From Felis catus (Eukaryota): DNA of 64,000 nt. Numbering within the stretch: position 1 is the first letter of the stretch; each line of letters begins with the position of its first letter. Below, piece after piece: positions 62,731-64,000 of the stretch. The position numbers were made by a program, and so were the translations under genes. The stretch covers positions 96,102,001 to 96,166,000 of the forward strand of contig NC_058368.1 of NCBI RefSeq assembly GCF_018350175.1. The letters are read 5' to 3'. The notes under the pieces were generated by a model. It was not told where the DNA came from. It ran no database searches and saw only the letters and a program-made list of their open reading frames with translations.

Positions 62731-64000
62731 GAATCTTATCCTAGCCACACACATTCACACATTTTTGTTATAGATCAATATCCAAATTTCTTCCTAATTC
62801 ACTTGGCGGCGGAGGGGGGTGGGGGGGCAGGGTCCAGAAAGAATACCTCTTAGGATTCCAAACTAGAATTTGAATGATAGGCATAAGCGAATTGTAGGCA
62901 AGAAGTTGTTCCAAACTGGAGGTGAGTTTTGGGAAATAGTTTGGATGAAATTTTTAAAATATGCTAAAATATTCAACATACAGAAGAAAGATACGAAATT
63001 TAACGACCATCTCTATTTTCAGGAATATACAAATATTTGAAGTGTGTAACTGGCAAATAAGATTTAGACAAATCTAAGCTTCACAGGTTTCTGGAAAAAG
63101 ATGATAGCGCTTTTCAGAGAAGATGTTAATGGATCTGCTGAATTCCGTTGGCACACTAGAGAAACTTCCTTGAGAAGGCTAAGCATTGTGAGATTAGCTA
63201 ATGTAATTTTATTTCTCCTATCCCAGAGATTTTCCTAACTTCTAAATCGAAGACTTATTTAAAGGTGCCGGCTTTTACATATCTTTGAAAACAAGGCATT
63301 TCATAACAACCCAAAGAATTTTTTCTCTTCCAGTAGTCATTATGTTTCATATTCTTTTCTTCATCAATAGATGAATTCACAGGGTATTTTATTTTCCTTC
63401 TTTGTTAGGCAGAGTTTGTCTGAAGTACTTCTTCGGTCTGACAATGAGAAATGGGTGGTGTCTCCTAACGTGGGATTTGCATCCTGCTGAAAAGCAATTG
63501 GTCTTGTACATTTCAGCTGAGCAACCTTGTCTCCATTAATTATGATTTTACTCTGAATTTCCTCAGAGGAAGGAAGGAGGGGTGTAAGAAAAGATCTATT
63601 GGGTTGACACTAAGCTTTTTCAAAGGTTTCTCTTTTCGTGACTATTGAAAAGTCCCAACTTTCTGACAGTCATGACTCTAAAAGAATCAGCACAAAGTGA
63701 CAGTGATACCTTTCACAAAGAAAATAATGAGAGCTTGCTAATTTTTGAGCAAGTCTTACCATATATGAAAGGATCATATTCCAGCAAGTAGTCACACTCA
63801 TACTTGTGGTTGATGATAAGACAGGCAGAGCTCTTTCTGGAAGGAGAGAATCTTGACAACCGTTGCAGCCAAATCCTTAAAATGGCCGCCAAACTTCTAT
63901 CTCCTAGTGACTAATTCTTACACAGATTTTTGCTTAAATATAGCATCATGAATGCACAGCTGCAGAGGATGTGCAAAACAGCCAAAATTGTACACATTGC

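Noticed and set aside
1..64000. Most 60-150 aa ORFs in the track as host genes
   Set aside because: They overlap SINEs, antisense L1, LTRs or microsatellites, many use non-ATG starts, and none resembles a cellular protein I recognise.

Overview
AT-rich mammalian nuclear DNA, not microbial. The Can-SINEs (tRNA-derived head, (CT)n tract, A/T tail) and the L1 3' UTRs point to a feliform carnivore, most likely Felidae. I recognise no host protein-coding exon, RNA gene or CRISPR array. The window is a layered transposon record: (1) a full-length but dead ~7 kb felid LINE-1 on the minus strand (3355-10355), with a younger L1 3' stub nested in its 5' UTR; (2) a truncated sister L1 at 50931-52787; (3) 18 Can-SINEs plus a fused inverted SINE pair; (4) older L1M, L2, MIR and MaLR fragments; (5) an ancient ERV-L remnant (LTR, PBS-like site, decayed gag) at ~19990-22028 that the ORF track misses. 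Most worth following up are the ERV-L gag fossil, a 180-codon antisense ORF with promoter-like motifs in the L1 5' UTR, an ungapped 109-bp duplication that captured a SINE head, the headless inverted SINE hairpin, two twin-priming L1 inversions, and a minus-strand insertion bias suggesting an intron of a + strand gene. Repeat subfamily names come from remembered consensus sequences, not database searches, and boundaries of old repeats are approximate. I found no convincing new biological system; the findings are leads.
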